DNA of 64,000 nucleotides, from contig OY969695.1 in the NCBI GenBank assembly GCA_963701965.1, forward strand, positions 640,001-704,000, read 5' to 3'. The position numbers and the translations under genes were made by a program. The DNA is from an uncultured Gemmatimonadales bacterium. GTDB lineage: Bacteria > Gemmatimonadota > Gemmatimonadetes > Gemmatimonadales > Gemmatimonadaceae. Numbering within the stretch: the first letter of the stretch is position 1; each line of letters begins with the position of its first letter. This document shows positions 28,714-38,750 of this stretch, piece by piece. The notes beneath the pieces are model-generated. The model had not been told where the DNA came from, ran no database searches, and was given only the letters and a program-made list of their open reading frames with translations.

Positions 28714-29661
28714 ATGCGCAGCATAGACGTCGTCGGCATCGGAAGCTGCGCCGTGGACTACGTGGCGCAGGTCCCGCGCCTCATCGGACCGGATGAGAAG
28801 ATCAATGCCACCCGCCTGGAGTTGCACGGCGGCGGGGTGACCGCGAACAACCTCACGCAGGTCGCCCGGCTCGGAGCAACCGCGGGCTGGCTCGGCCTCA
28901 TTGGCGACGACGATGCCGGGCGCTTTATTCTCGACGCGTTTATCGCCGATGGCCTCGACGCCAGTGGCATCGAGACGGTAGCGGGCGCCCGATCATCGAT
29001 GACGTGGATCCCGGTCGATGCCGCGGGTGAGCGCTCGATCTACATGTTTCCCAATGTCACGGGAACCCTGACGCCGTCATACGTGGCTACCCGACTGGCG
29101 GGCCACATTCGGCAGGCCAAGCACTTTCACAGCGAAGCGTCCCAGCTGCCGCTGGCGCCGATCCTCGAAGCCATGGGCGAGGCCCGCGCGGCGCGAGTTC
29201 GGGTTCTCTTCGACCTGGATGTGCGCCCATCGTTTCTCGATCAGATGGGGCTCGGCAACGAGTCCGAGCTCCTGGCCGCTCTGGGCCTGGCCGAGACGCT
29301 CAAGCCCTGCAAAGCCGGCGCGCGGGAGCTCACGGGCGAGACAGACCCGGAAGCCATGGCCCGGCGCCTGCTGGCCCTCGGGCCCTCCCTGGTGGCGATC
29401 ACGCTGGGCGGCGACGGGTGCCTGCTGGCCACGGCACGGCAGACGGTGCACGTCCCGGCGTTCGCCGTCGACGTGGTGGACACGACCGGCGCCGGCGACG
29501 CGTTCATGGGCGGGCTCTCGTACGGGTTGCTCCACGATTGGGACTTGGCCCGCATCGGCCGATTCGCCAACGCCTGCGCGGCGCTGTGTTGCACGAAGCT
29601 CGGCGCCCGCGCCAGCGCGACGCTCGATGTCGTGCAGCGCTTCCTGCAATCGCATTCCTGA
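28714..29661 (+). CDS. PfkB-family carbohydrate kinase
   Basis: GG...N......RLG, G.IGDD..G and VVDTTGAGDAF signature. Confidence 0.9.
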   Translation: MRSIDVVGIGSCAVDYVAQVPRLIGPDEKINATRLELHGGGVTANNLTQVARLGATAGWLGLIGDDDAGRFILDAFIADGLDASGIETVAGARSSMTWIPVDAAGERSIYMFPNVTGTLTPSYVATRLAGHIRQAKHFHSEASQLPLAPILEAMGEARAARVRVLFDLDVRPSFLDQMGLGNESELLAALGLAETLKPCKAGARELTGETDPEAMARRLLALGPSLVAITLGGDGCLLATARQTVHVPAFAVDVVDTTGAGDAFMGGLSYGLLHDWDLARIGRFANACAALCCTKLGARASATLDVVQRFLQSHS

Positions 29662-29663
29662 TC

Positions 29664-30636
29664 GTGTTCGCCCCGTCGAACTTCCCGGTCGCGCTCCTCA
29701 TGATGATCGTGAGCACCATTCTGCTGGGGTTCGTGGGCGAATACGTACAAGGGCGTGAAGGGCTACCGGTTCGAGCTCTTCTACTGGGACTACGCGGCCG
29801 GCATCGTCCTCGTCTCGCTCGCGCTGGCCCTGACGATGGGCAGCCTGCGGCCTGACCCCTCCAGTTTTCTGCCCAATCTCCGCGCCGCCGACGCCGCGAA
29901 CATCGCCGCGGCGGCATTCGCCGGCGTCATCTTCAACCTGGCGAACCTGCTCCTCGTGGCGGGTATCGAGTTGGCCGGACTGGCGATCGCTTTTCCCGTG
30001 GCGATCGGGCTCGCGCTGGTCGAAGGCGTCGTCCTGAGCTATGCCCTTTCGCCGAAGGGCAACGCGGGTCTGCTGGCGCTCGGCGTGGCCGCGGCCGTCG
30101 TGGCGGTGGCCCTCGATGGCAAAGCGTATGGACAGCTGACCGGTGCCCGGGCCGGCCGGCGAGGGATCCTGGTCTGCGTCGCCTCCGGGCTCCTCATGGG
30201 ACTGTGGGCGCCTTTCGTGACGCGCGCGCTGACCACAGGCCGGGCGCTGGGTCCTTACGGCATTGCGGTCTGCTTCACGTCAGGGGCTTTCGTGTCGTGT
30301 TTTCTGTTCAACACGTATCTCATGAAGCGACCGATCGTGGGCGCCCCCGTGGGATTCGGTGATTTTCGGCGCGCGCCGCTGCGCGCGCACGCGCTGGGGC
30401 TGCTCGGCGGCGCCATCTGGGGCGTGGGCACCGTGTTCAATCTCGTGGCCGCCAGCTCCGTCGGCGTCGCGGTCGCCTATGCGATCGGCCAGGCCGCCCC
30501 GATGGTCGCGGCGCTCTGGGGCGTCCTGGCCTGGCGCGAGTTCGTCGGGGCGCCGCGCCGCGCGCGCGTCTACCTGGCGCTGATGTTCGCGTTCTACTGC
30601 GTCGCCATCGCTTTCGTCGCCGCGGCCCACCCGTAA
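29664..30636 (+). CDS. DMT-superfamily sugar/ureide-permease-like transporter (frameshift near 29720)
   Basis: Removing one base gives MFAPSNFPVALLMMIVSTICWGSWANTYK..KGYRFELFYWDY; about ten TM segments; YAIGQ.APMVAALWGV..W.EF. Confidence 0.8.
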
Positions 30637-31568
30637 AGGTCGGACAGCGCGACATTTCCTCCGCAGAGGAACAGCACGACGTGGTGCTGGGGCCCAAAGC
30701 ACTCGCGGAGCCGCTCGGCCGCCGCGAGCGTGCACGCCGCGGCCGGCTCGGTCAGCATCTTGGTCCGTTCGAGCAGGAACTGCAGCGCGGCCAGCGCCTC
30801 GGCATCGCTCACGACGGTGACCCGCTCCAAAAGGCGCTGGGCCAGGGCCAACGTCTCCTCCGAGGCCGCGGGAGCGCCGAGCGTACGCGCGATCGACGTG
30901 ATCGTCGGCACCGTCACGGGGTGGCCGGCCGCCAACGCGCGCGTCATGCAATCGGCCCCCTCGGTCTCCACGCCCCACACACGGGCCGTTGGCACCAAGG
31001 ACTTGATCCCGACTCCGACGCCGCCCATCAAGCCGCCACCGCCGATGCTCAGAATGACGTCGGTCACCTGCGGCAAGTCTTCTACGATTTCGAGCGCGGC
31101 CGTGCCCTGCCCGGCCATGACCAGTGGATCGTCAAATGGATGGACCGGCACCCAGCCGCGCGCGGCATTGGCGTCCTGCGCCGTGAATCCGTCGAGATGG
31201 TTAGGCACGAAACAGACTTCCGCCCCATATCCCCGCGTGCCGTCGACGTAGTTGCGCGGCGTCGACTCGGCCATATAGATCCGCGTGCGCGTCGAGAGTT
31301 CGCGGCCGGCATAGGCGACGGCCTGGGCGTGATTACCGCCGCTCACCGCCACCACGCCCGCTCGCCGCTGCTCGGGTGTCAGCTCCAGCATCTTGTTGAA
31401 GGCCCCGCGCACCTTGAACGACCCGGTCTTCTGGAACAGCTCGGCCTTGAGATAGATGTTGGTGCCGAGGCGCCGGCTCAGCGTCTCACTGCGGACGAGT
31501 GGTGTCCGGGCGACGCGCGAGGCGATACGGACGCGCGCCGCTTGGATGTCAGCCAGCGTGATCGTCAC
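30594..31568 (-). CDS. PLP-dependent threonine/serine dehydratase family protein
   Basis: KAELFQKTGSFKVRGA, SGGNHAQ, HPFDD...AGQGT, IGGGGL, EPAAA and CGGN. Confidence 0.9.
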   Translation of the reverse strand: MTITLADIQAARVRIASRVARTPLVRSETLSRRLGTNIYLKAELFQKTGSFKVRGAFNKMLELTPEQRRAGVVAVSGGNHAQAVAYAGRELSTRTRIYMAESTPRNYVDGTRGYGAEVCFVPNHLDGFTAQDANAARGWVPVHPFDDPLVMAGQGTAALEIVEDLPQVTDVILSIGGGGLMGGVGVGIKSLVPTARVWGVETEGADCMTRALAAGHPVTVPTITSIARTLGAPAASEETLALAQRLLERVTVVSDAEALAALQFLLERTKMLTEPAAACTLAAAERLRECFGPQHHVVLFLCGGNVALSDLYGWAAATKAMATQ

Positions 31569-32617
31569 GGCGCCATCTCTTCCATGTGCTCCGGTACGAA
31601 GACATTGGCCAGATCTTCGCGATACACGGCGTCAGCGGTGTCCACCGCCGGCCAGTGCGTGCCGCGATCCGGGACGAACAAGCCGCCCACGGCGCCCATG
31701 CCGGCGGCGCGGAGCGTGTGATCTGTCGGGTTGTTGTAGCGCACGGTGATACGATAGCGGTGTGATGGGACGATGTGGAGGCCCAGCCGGTACCACCGGT
31801 AAAATCGCTGGACCGGCATCGACAGGACGTGGCCGTCGCGGTCCTTGACCGGCACGGCGTGGAAAATCACCTCACCGGTGGTCGCGTCGGTGAGCGAAAG
31901 ATCAATGGCATAGTCGTGGACGTGGCCGCCGGCGCCCAGCAAGTAGCCGGGGATCGCCGGGCTGCTCTCCCATGACCGTTCGCTTCGGCCCGGGGGGAGG
32001 TCGAACGCCTTGCTGCCACCAGGACGCTGGCCCAGCGGAAACATCGCGTCGAGGACCCACGGATAGGCCTTGAGCAGCGGAAAAGGAGAACCGCAATGCG
32101 TCGCCCGGTACCCGAGCGTCACGCGCACCCGGAGCCCGTGGTGCGCCGTACGGGTGGGATTATTGATCATCGCGTAGGCCAACAGGCGTTGACCCCGCTC
32201 CAGCGGCAGACCCAACACCAGCTCGGGGATGCTCACCGCCGGCGTCTCCTTGCTCGCCGCCAAGATGTGGAGTGAGCTCGAGAGAAACAGATCCCGATGA
32301 CCCGGGTCGGTCAGGTTCACATGATGGAGAAACCCTCGCGGCAACGTCTGGCCGGCGCTGTCAACCACCTCGGTCTGCACGCTGTGCAGCGAACCCGATT
32401 CCGGAATGATTACCTGATGCACCGGCAGGCTGATCATGGCGTCCATGCCGTCCATGGAGGACGCCGGCAGGTCGGTCGGCGTGAACTCCACGGTGAGCTG
32501 ATCCCGTGCCGGGCTCAGGGTCACGGTGGCCCGTGGCAGGACCGAGAAGTCCGGGACCGGCTGGTCGACGAACGGCCCCGCGAGCGACAGCACAGCCAGC
32601 ATGCCGGGAATGCACAT
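31565..32617 (-). CDS. Secreted copper type II monooxygenase-like (PHM/DBH-fold) protein
   Basis: LHHVNL, GGHVHD, Y.N and GMG match the order of the CuH (HH) and CuM (HxH...M) ligands; GGGAG RBS before ATG at 32617. Confidence 0.55.
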   Translation of the reverse strand: MCIPGMLAVLSLAGPFVDQPVPDFSVLPRATVTLSPARDQLTVEFTPTDLPASSMDGMDAMISLPVHQVIIPESGSLHSVQTEVVDSAGQTLPRGFLHHVNLTDPGHRDLFLSSSLHILAASKETPAVSIPELVLGLPLERGQRLLAYAMINNPTRTAHHGLRVRVTLGYRATHCGSPFPLLKAYPWVLDAMFPLGQRPGGSKAFDLPPGRSERSWESSPAIPGYLLGAGGHVHDYAIDLSLTDATTGEVIFHAVPVKDRDGHVLSMPVQRFYRWYRLGLHIVPSHRYRITVRYNNPTDHTLRAAGMGAVGGLFVPDRGTHWPAVDTADAVYREDLANVFVPEHMEEMAP

Positions 32618-32802
32618 CGTTGGGCTCCCTTTTCCGCACGACGTGTCGTATGGCGCGAGTGGGTGCGAACCGCGCCACGCATATATCCCGGCCAAGTAGT
32701 TCTGTATCCCCGTCCGCTTCGCGGCCGGAAACGTGGCAAGGCCGAGGCCACGAGCCACAGGCTCGCGCGATTCTCGATGTCACATTTCTGATGCCGCCAA
32801 TT

Positions 32803-32931
32803 CTACCAATGGCGCGCGTAAACGAATATGGCGATCCCGGCCACGACGACGAGAATGGCGACGACGGGCGCCACCAGCGTCAGGAGCGCGAGCGTGGGTT
32901 CGATCGGGCGACGGCGTCGGGGTTTGGTCAT
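32803..32931 (-). CDS. Small single-pass membrane protein, 42 aa: MTKPRRRRPIEPTLALLTLVAPVVAILVVVAGIAIFVYARHW
   Basis: ATG at 32931 to TAG at 32803; basic N-terminus and a long hydrophobic helix; not in the ORF track. Confidence 0.55.
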   Translation of the reverse strand: MTKPRRRRPIEPTLALLTLVAPVVAILVVVAGIAIFVYARHW

Positions 32932-32981
32932 TTTCGTATGTCACGCTGGACGGCGCGCACCGGCTCCCACCTATTTACGAC

Positions 32982-33968
32982 ATGCGCTCCACCTATGACG
33001 ATGCACTGCACCGTGGCGACACGATCGACACGGTCGCCCTCGCGTATCCGCCGACGCCGATCGAGGAGATGGCCCGGCTGCGTGCGGCACTGGGCGGCGG
33101 TCCCCGCCTGACCGTCAAGCGCGACGACGCGATCCCCTTCGGCTTCGGCGGCAACAAGGTCCGCAAGCTCGCGCTCGTCGTCGCGGAAGCGGCGACGGCG
33201 GGCGCGGACACCCTGATCACCGTCGGCGGGGTGCAGTCGAACCACATGCGCGCGACCGCGTCGATGGCCGCACGCGTCGGTCTCCATTGTCATCTGATCG
33301 CCAACGGCGCGCCTCCGGCGCGGCCGACGGGAAACGCCCTGCTCGACGACCTGTTGGGCGCCGAGGTCGAGTACATCGCCTCGCGGGCGGAGCGGAGCAC
33401 CGCCATCGCGGCCGCCGTCGATCGCCTGTGCCGCGCCGGCCGCTCCCCGTACGTGGTCCCGCTCGGCGCCTCCACACCGCTCGGCGCCGTGGGCTTCGTG
33501 CGGGCGATCGGCGAGATGCTCACCCAAGGGCCGCCACCCGATGTCATCGTGCACGCCACGTCCTCCGGAGGGACACAAGCCGGACTGGTGGCGGGCTGCG
33601 CGCTCCACAATCTGCCGACGCGTGTCATCGGCGTCAGCGCCAATGATCCCGCGCCCTCGATCGCCGCCATCGTGCGCGACGTCATCGCGGGTATGGGCAC
33701 GCTCCTCGGCGTGGACGGCGCCGCGCTCGCCGCGGCCCGCCCGATCGAAGTCGACGACGGACACATCGGACCAGGGTATGGCTTGCCAAGCCCGGAGTCA
33801 CTCGAGGCACAGCGCCTCGCCGCCCGCACCGAGGCGGTGTTCGTCGATCACACGTACACGGCGAAAGCGCTCGGGGCGCTGATCGGCTGGGTCAGGGACG
33901 GCCGATTCCGGGACGACGAGACGATTCTCTTCTGGCACACCGGCGGCCAACCCGCGTTGTTCGCGTGA
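32982..33968 (+). CDS. D-cysteine desulfhydrase / ACC deaminase family PLP enzyme
   Basis: KRDD, GGNKVRKL, GGVQSNH, SSGGTQAG and FWHTGG. DHTYTAK has Thr where ACC deaminases have Glu (DPVYEGK), which favours a DcyD-like enzyme. Confidence 0.85.
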   Translation: MRSTYDDALHRGDTIDTVALAYPPTPIEEMARLRAALGGGPRLTVKRDDAIPFGFGGNKVRKLALVVAEAATAGADTLITVGGVQSNHMRATASMAARVGLHCHLIANGAPPARPTGNALLDDLLGAEVEYIASRAERSTAIAAAVDRLCRAGRSPYVVPLGASTPLGAVGFVRAIGEMLTQGPPPDVIVHATSSGGTQAGLVAGCALHNLPTRVIGVSANDPAPSIAAIVRDVIAGMGTLLGVDGAALAAARPIEVDDGHIGPGYGLPSPESLEAQRLAARTEAVFVDHTYTAKALGALIGWVRDGRFRDDETILFWHTGGQPALFA

Positions 33969-35302
33969 GGCCACCATCGACGGCCTTGCCACGGCGGCTC
34001 GGACTCATCGGCGCCTTGGCCGTCGTCATCGGTTCGACGATCGGGTCCGGCATCTTCCGTTCACCGGCCTCGATCGCGGGTCGCCTCCCGTCCCCGCTGG
34101 CGATCATGGCCGTCTGGGCAGCCGGCGGCGTCCTGGCTCTGTGCGGCGCGCTCACGATGGCCGAAGTCGCGGGCGCCCTCCCGGAAACCGGCGGCATCTA
34201 CGTCATTGTCCGGGCGGGCTGGGGTCAGCTGGCGGCGTTTCTCTTTGGCTGGACGGAGCTCATCATCATCCGCGCCGCCGCCCTCGGCGCCGTGGCGACG
34301 ACCTTCGCCGAGTACGCGCTCCGGATCCTCGGATACAACCCGACGGTCGCGCCCTACGTCGCGTGGGTGCACGATATCGCGGCGATCGCCATCGTCGTGC
34401 TGGCGGCCGTGAACATCATCGGGGTGCGGGCCAGCGCGTTGGTGTTGGAACTGACGACGATCGCCAAGTACGGCGCCTTGCTCTTCGTCGTGATCGCCGT
34501 CGTGCTCGCCGCGCCGGCGCACGGAGCGGTAACGGCCGCCGCGGCACTCCCCGGGGCGCCCATCACCACGGGGGCATTCGGTTTGGCGTTGGTGTCCGTG
34601 CTGTGGGCGTACGATCGATGGGCCGATCTCAGCTTCGTCGCCGGCGAGGTCAGCGACCCGGCGCGCAACATCCCGCGGGCGTTGATCGCTGGGACTGTGG
34701 CGGTGATCGCGATCTACTTGGCCGCCAATTTCGCCTACCTCGCGGTGTTGCCGCCGGATCGGATGCGCACGTCGGCCCTCGTGGCCGCGGACGTCGCGCA
34801 GATGGTCGTCGGCCACTGGGGCGTCGTCGTCATCGGCCTGGCCGTGGTGCTGGCGACGATCGGCACGCTCAACGGTTCCCTGCTCACGGCGCCGCGGATC
34901 TTTTTCGCCATGGCCAATGACGGGATGTTGTTCCGCCCGATCGCGGCGGTGCACCCCCGGTTTCAGACGCCGTACGCCGCGATCGCTCTCAGCGCGACGT
35001 TGGGCGTCCTGTTCGTGCTCCTGCGGACGTTCGAGCAGCTCGCCGACACGTTCATCACAGCCATTGTGCCGTTTTATGCGCTCGGTGTCGCCGCGGTGTT
35101 CCGGCTGCGACGCCAGCCGGGTTACCATCCGCCGTATCGCGTCCCCGGCTATCCGGTCGTGCCAGCGCTTTTCGTGCTCGCGGCGGCGTTTCTGCTGTTC
35201 AACGCCATCGCCGACCCGGCGGGCCGCTGGCCCACGCTGGCCGTGCTCGGCGTGACACTCGCCGGCATACCCGTTTACTACTTCGTGGTTCGACGGAAGT
35301 GA
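33965..35302 (+). CDS. APC-family amino acid permease
   Basis: GSTIGSGIF, P.TGG.Y, LWAYD.W, GEV.DP.RNIP, PRIFFAMA.DG and HPRFQTP. Confidence 0.92.
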   Translation: MRPPSTALPRRLGLIGALAVVIGSTIGSGIFRSPASIAGRLPSPLAIMAVWAAGGVLALCGALTMAEVAGALPETGGIYVIVRAGWGQLAAFLFGWTELIIIRAAALGAVATTFAEYALRILGYNPTVAPYVAWVHDIAAIAIVVLAAVNIIGVRASALVLELTTIAKYGALLFVVIAVVLAAPAHGAVTAAAALPGAPITTGAFGLALVSVLWAYDRWADLSFVAGEVSDPARNIPRALIAGTVAVIAIYLAANFAYLAVLPPDRMRTSALVAADVAQMVVGHWGVVVIGLAVVLATIGTLNGSLLTAPRIFFAMANDGMLFRPIAAVHPRFQTPYAAIALSATLGVLFVLLRTFEQLADTFITAIVPFYALGVAAVFRLRRQPGYHPPYRVPGYPVVPALFVLAAAFLLFNAIADPAGRWPTLAVLGVTLAGIPVYYFVVRRK

Positions 35303-35309
35303 TGCGGCA

Positions 35310-37325
35310 GTGATGTTCGCCCTGCTACTCGCGCTCGCCCCGGCGATCGCGTGTCCCGATACCGCGGTCGCCGAGCCGACCGCGCCCAACTACTGTACGC
35401 CGCTCGTGCCCACGCCGGACCTGGATACGGTGACGGCCACGCTGGAACTGGCGCCGGCCGACAGCCCGTTCGGCGTTGCCGTGACGGCCGACGGACGGCC
35501 GCGATACGTGTTGACGACTACGATCGCGGGTCTCCCCAAGCCGTCGGCGCTGGGACCGTACACGGTATACATCGCTTGGGTCGCCAGTCTGACCATGGAC
35601 AGCGTCGTGAAGCTCGGCGTCGTGCGCGAAGGGCGCACGACGTTGGGTCCCGTAACCCGTAACCAATTTCGCGTGGTGGTGAGCGCCGAGGCGTCGGCGA
35701 CGGTCACCGCGCGGCACGGGCGCCTCGTGCTGCGCGGCACGTCGCCGAGCACGCGGCTCCTGGCCCATCGTGATCTGGCCACGCCATTCGCACCCGGCGC
35801 GCAAGCCACCGGCATGCTCATGGACGAGAGTCGGCCGTTTGTGCCTGGCGCCGCCGTCGACGCCGCGACCCTGCCCGTGGCCCGCCCGACCGTGAGCACG
35901 GTCGCGCGCTCCGGCGACACCGTCGACCTCACCGCTACCCTCGTACGCCGCACGATCGCCGGGCGGTCCGTCGTCTTGTACGGGTACAACGGCCAGGTGC
36001 CCGGACCGTGCCTTCGGGTGGCCCAGGGCGCGCGCATCGTCGTGCGGTTTCGGAACGCCATCGACCTGCCGACCGCGGTCCACTGGCACGGGGTGCGGGT
36101 TGACAACCGGTCCGACGGCGCCGTCGGTCTCACTCAGAACGCGGTGCCGCCCGGCGGCTCGTTCTTCTACACGGTGGACTTCCCCGACGCCGGCATCTTC
36201 TGGTACCACGCCCACGAGCGGGAGGATATCGAACAAGCCTCCGGCCTGTACGGGAGCATCGTGGTAGCGCCGCGCTCGGACGCTTCCTACGGGCCGGCCA
36301 ACGACACGGCGATGTTGGCGATTGAGGACATCACGCCCGGTGAACCTTACGGAGCGACGTCGCCGACCCACGCGTTGATGGGACGGTTCGGCACCACGTT
36401 TCTCGTCAATGGACAGGCGTCATATACGCGGACCGTGCGCCGCAATGCCGTCGTCCGTTTTTTCTTGACGAACGTCTCCAACGCCCGCACCTACAATCTG
36501 TCGTTCGCGGGGGCCCGCATGAAGGTGGTTGCGGCCGACATGGGGAAGTTCGCGCGCGAGGCCTGGGTGGAGAGCGTGGTGATCGGGCCGGCAGAACGGT
36601 ACATCGTCGACGTGCAGTTCACGACTCCCGGGCGATCGATCCTTGCCAATCGCATTCAGGCCTTGGATCACCCATCGGGCACCATCTATCCCGAGGTCGA
36701 CACGCTGGGGCGCGTTGACGTCGAGTCCGGCCCGGCAATGCCTGATTATTCGGCATCATTCGCGCGGCTGCGCGACAACCCCGAAGTCGAGCGCGACATC
36801 GCGCGCTACCGGCCGGCGTTCGATCGCGCTCCCGACTACGTGCTGGCGCTGCAAATGCGACCGGTTCGGCTGCCGGCGGCGATTACCAGCATGCTGACGG
36901 GCGTGTCGACGCCCGTCGATTGGAACGACGGGATGGGAGCCATGAATCGCGCCGTCACTGGGGACGCGCTGACCTGGATCCTCCGCGATGCCGCGAGCGG
37001 CGCCGAGAACATGGCGATCGGTTGGCATGTCGCCCAGGGGACAGTGCTGAAGGTGCGCGTCTACAACGATCCGATCGGCTTACACCCGATGGATCACCCC
37101 ATCCACGTCCATGGCCAACGCCTGCTCGTCGTGAGCCGGAACGGCGCGCCCAACGCGCATCTCGTGTGGAAGGACACCGTTGTGATACCCGCCGGCCAGG
37201 TCGTCGATCTGCTCATCGATATGACGAATCCCGGACGGTGGATGATCCATTGCCATATCGCCGAGCATCGCGCCTCGGGGATGATGATGGCCTTTGTCGT
37301 CGACTCGTCGCGGGGAGGAACGTAG
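35310..37325 (+). CDS. Multicopper oxidase with an N-terminal extension
   Basis: HWHG, WYHAH, HPIHVHG and HCHIAEH..SGMM copper-binding motifs; signal peptide. Confidence 0.9.
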   Translation: MMFALLLALAPAIACPDTAVAEPTAPNYCTPLVPTPDLDTVTATLELAPADSPFGVAVTADGRPRYVLTTTIAGLPKPSALGPYTVYIAWVASLTMDSVVKLGVVREGRTTLGPVTRNQFRVVVSAEASATVTARHGRLVLRGTSPSTRLLAHRDLATPFAPGAQATGMLMDESRPFVPGAAVDAATLPVARPTVSTVARSGDTVDLTATLVRRTIAGRSVVLYGYNGQVPGPCLRVAQGARIVVRFRNAIDLPTAVHWHGVRVDNRSDGAVGLTQNAVPPGGSFFYTVDFPDAGIFWYHAHEREDIEQASGLYGSIVVAPRSDASYGPANDTAMLAIEDITPGEPYGATSPTHALMGRFGTTFLVNGQASYTRTVRRNAVVRFFLTNVSNARTYNLSFAGARMKVVAADMGKFAREAWVESVVIGPAERYIVDVQFTTPGRSILANRIQALDHPSGTIYPEVDTLGRVDVESGPAMPDYSASFARLRDNPEVERDIARYRPAFDRAPDYVLALQMRPVRLPAAITSMLTGVSTPVDWNDGMGAMNRAVTGDALTWILRDAASGAENMAIGWHVAQGTVLKVRVYNDPIGLHPMDHPIHVHGQRLLVVSRNGAPNAHLVWKDTVVIPAGQVVDLLIDMTNPGRWMIHCHIAEHRASGMMMAFVVDSSRGGT

Positions 37326-38741
37326 ATGTCGCGTGTGCCGAAGATCATGACCATGGTCGCCCTTCTCGCGATGGCCACGGTGGCGGGCGCCCAGTCGCCC
37401 GGCCGGTCGCCATTCATCGCCGTCGACACCGCGGTTGTCGCCCTGACCCACGTGACCGTCATCGACGGCACCGGCACATCCGCGCGTCCCGATCAGACGA
37501 TCGTGCTCGAACGCGGGCGCATCAGCGCGGTCGGCCCGACCGGCTCGGTCACGGTGCCGTCGAGCGCGCGCGTCTTCGACTGGCGCGGTCGGACGGTGAT
37601 GCCGGGGATCGTGGGCCTCCACGATCACATGTACTACGGATCATCGGCCACCGGATCGCGCACGATGCTCGTCAGCTATCCGCGGCTCTTTCTGGCCTCG
37701 GGTGTCACGACGATTCGCACGACCGGCAGCATCGACCCCTACCAGGAGCTCAACCTCCGGCAGGCCATCCTGTCCGGCAAGACCGTGGGGCCCGAAGTCT
37801 TCGTGACCGGTCCGTACTTGCAGGGGACGGGCGGAGGCGTCGGGTGGATGCATCCGCTGAATAGCCCGGACGAGGCTCGGCGGCTCGTGCGCTATTGGTC
37901 GGAGGAAGGCATCTCGTGGTTCAAAGCGTACACCCAGATCACGCGCGCCGAGCTGGGCGCCGCGATCGACGAAGCGCACAAGCACGGGATGAAGGTGACC
38001 GCCCACCTGTGCTCGGTCGGTTTCCGGGAAGCCGTGGCGCTGGGCATCGATAATCTCGAGCACGGTCTGTTGACCGACACCGAGTTCTGGCCCGGCAAGC
38101 AGCCCGACGTGTGCCCGACCCCCGGCGATTCCGCCCAGTATGACAAGCTGGACATCGACGACGCCGACGTGCAGCGCACGATCCGCGAGATGGTGGCCCA
38201 TCACGTGGCCATGACATTGACGCTGGCCGTCTTCGAGCTGTCGTCCCCGTCGCGCATCCCGCTCGATCCGCGGATCTACGACGCCTTCGCCCCGGCCGTG
38301 GCGACGACGGTGCGGGCGTGGTACGACACCGCACAGCACAAGGCGGATGGCGCCGAGCGGATCGCGCTGGGAAAGGCCATGGCGTTCGAGCGCGCGTTCG
38401 TGCGGGCCGGCGGGCTGCTGGGCGCCGGATCCGATCCCTGCTGTCTGACGGAGATCGCCGGATACGGCGACCAGCGCAACTTCGAGCTGCTGGTGGAGGC
38501 CGGGTTCACGCCCGAAGAAGCCGTTCAGGTCATGACGCTCAACGGCGCCCGAATCCTAGGGATCGCCGACCGTGTCGGCTCGATCGCGCCCGGGAAACAA
38601 GCCGATCTGGTGGTGATCGACGGTGATCCCGTGGCGCGGCCGGCCGACATTCGCAAGGTCTCGATGGTCTTCAAGTCCGGCGTCGGTTACGACTCCAACG
38701 CGTTGATCGCCTCCGTGCGCGGTTTGGTCGGGCTCAAGTGA
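37326..38741 (+). CDS. Secreted amidohydrolase-family protein
   Basis: MPG.VGLHDH, GVTTIR, TAH, LEHG, GSD and GSIAPGKQADLVV. Confidence 0.88.
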   Translation: MSRVPKIMTMVALLAMATVAGAQSPGRSPFIAVDTAVVALTHVTVIDGTGTSARPDQTIVLERGRISAVGPTGSVTVPSSARVFDWRGRTVMPGIVGLHDHMYYGSSATGSRTMLVSYPRLFLASGVTTIRTTGSIDPYQELNLRQAILSGKTVGPEVFVTGPYLQGTGGGVGWMHPLNSPDEARRLVRYWSEEGISWFKAYTQITRAELGAAIDEAHKHGMKVTAHLCSVGFREAVALGIDNLEHGLLTDTEFWPGKQPDVCPTPGDSAQYDKLDIDDADVQRTIREMVAHHVAMTLTLAVFELSSPSRIPLDPRIYDAFAPAVATTVRAWYDTAQHKADGAERIALGKAMAFERAFVRAGGLLGAGSDPCCLTEIAGYGDQRNFELLVEAGFTPEEAVQVMTLNGARILGIADRVGSIAPGKQADLVVIDGDPVARPADIRKVSMVFKSGVGYDSNALIASVRGLVGLK

Positions 38742-38750
38742 CCTGACCGC

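Noticed and set aside
29666..29674. Additional LytTR box (GTTCGCCCC)
   Set aside because: It is a single half-site inside a CDS with no partner 21 bp away.
32982..33968. ACC deaminase (acdS)
   Set aside because: It lacks the diagnostic Glu of DPVYEGK and has DHTYTAK instead.
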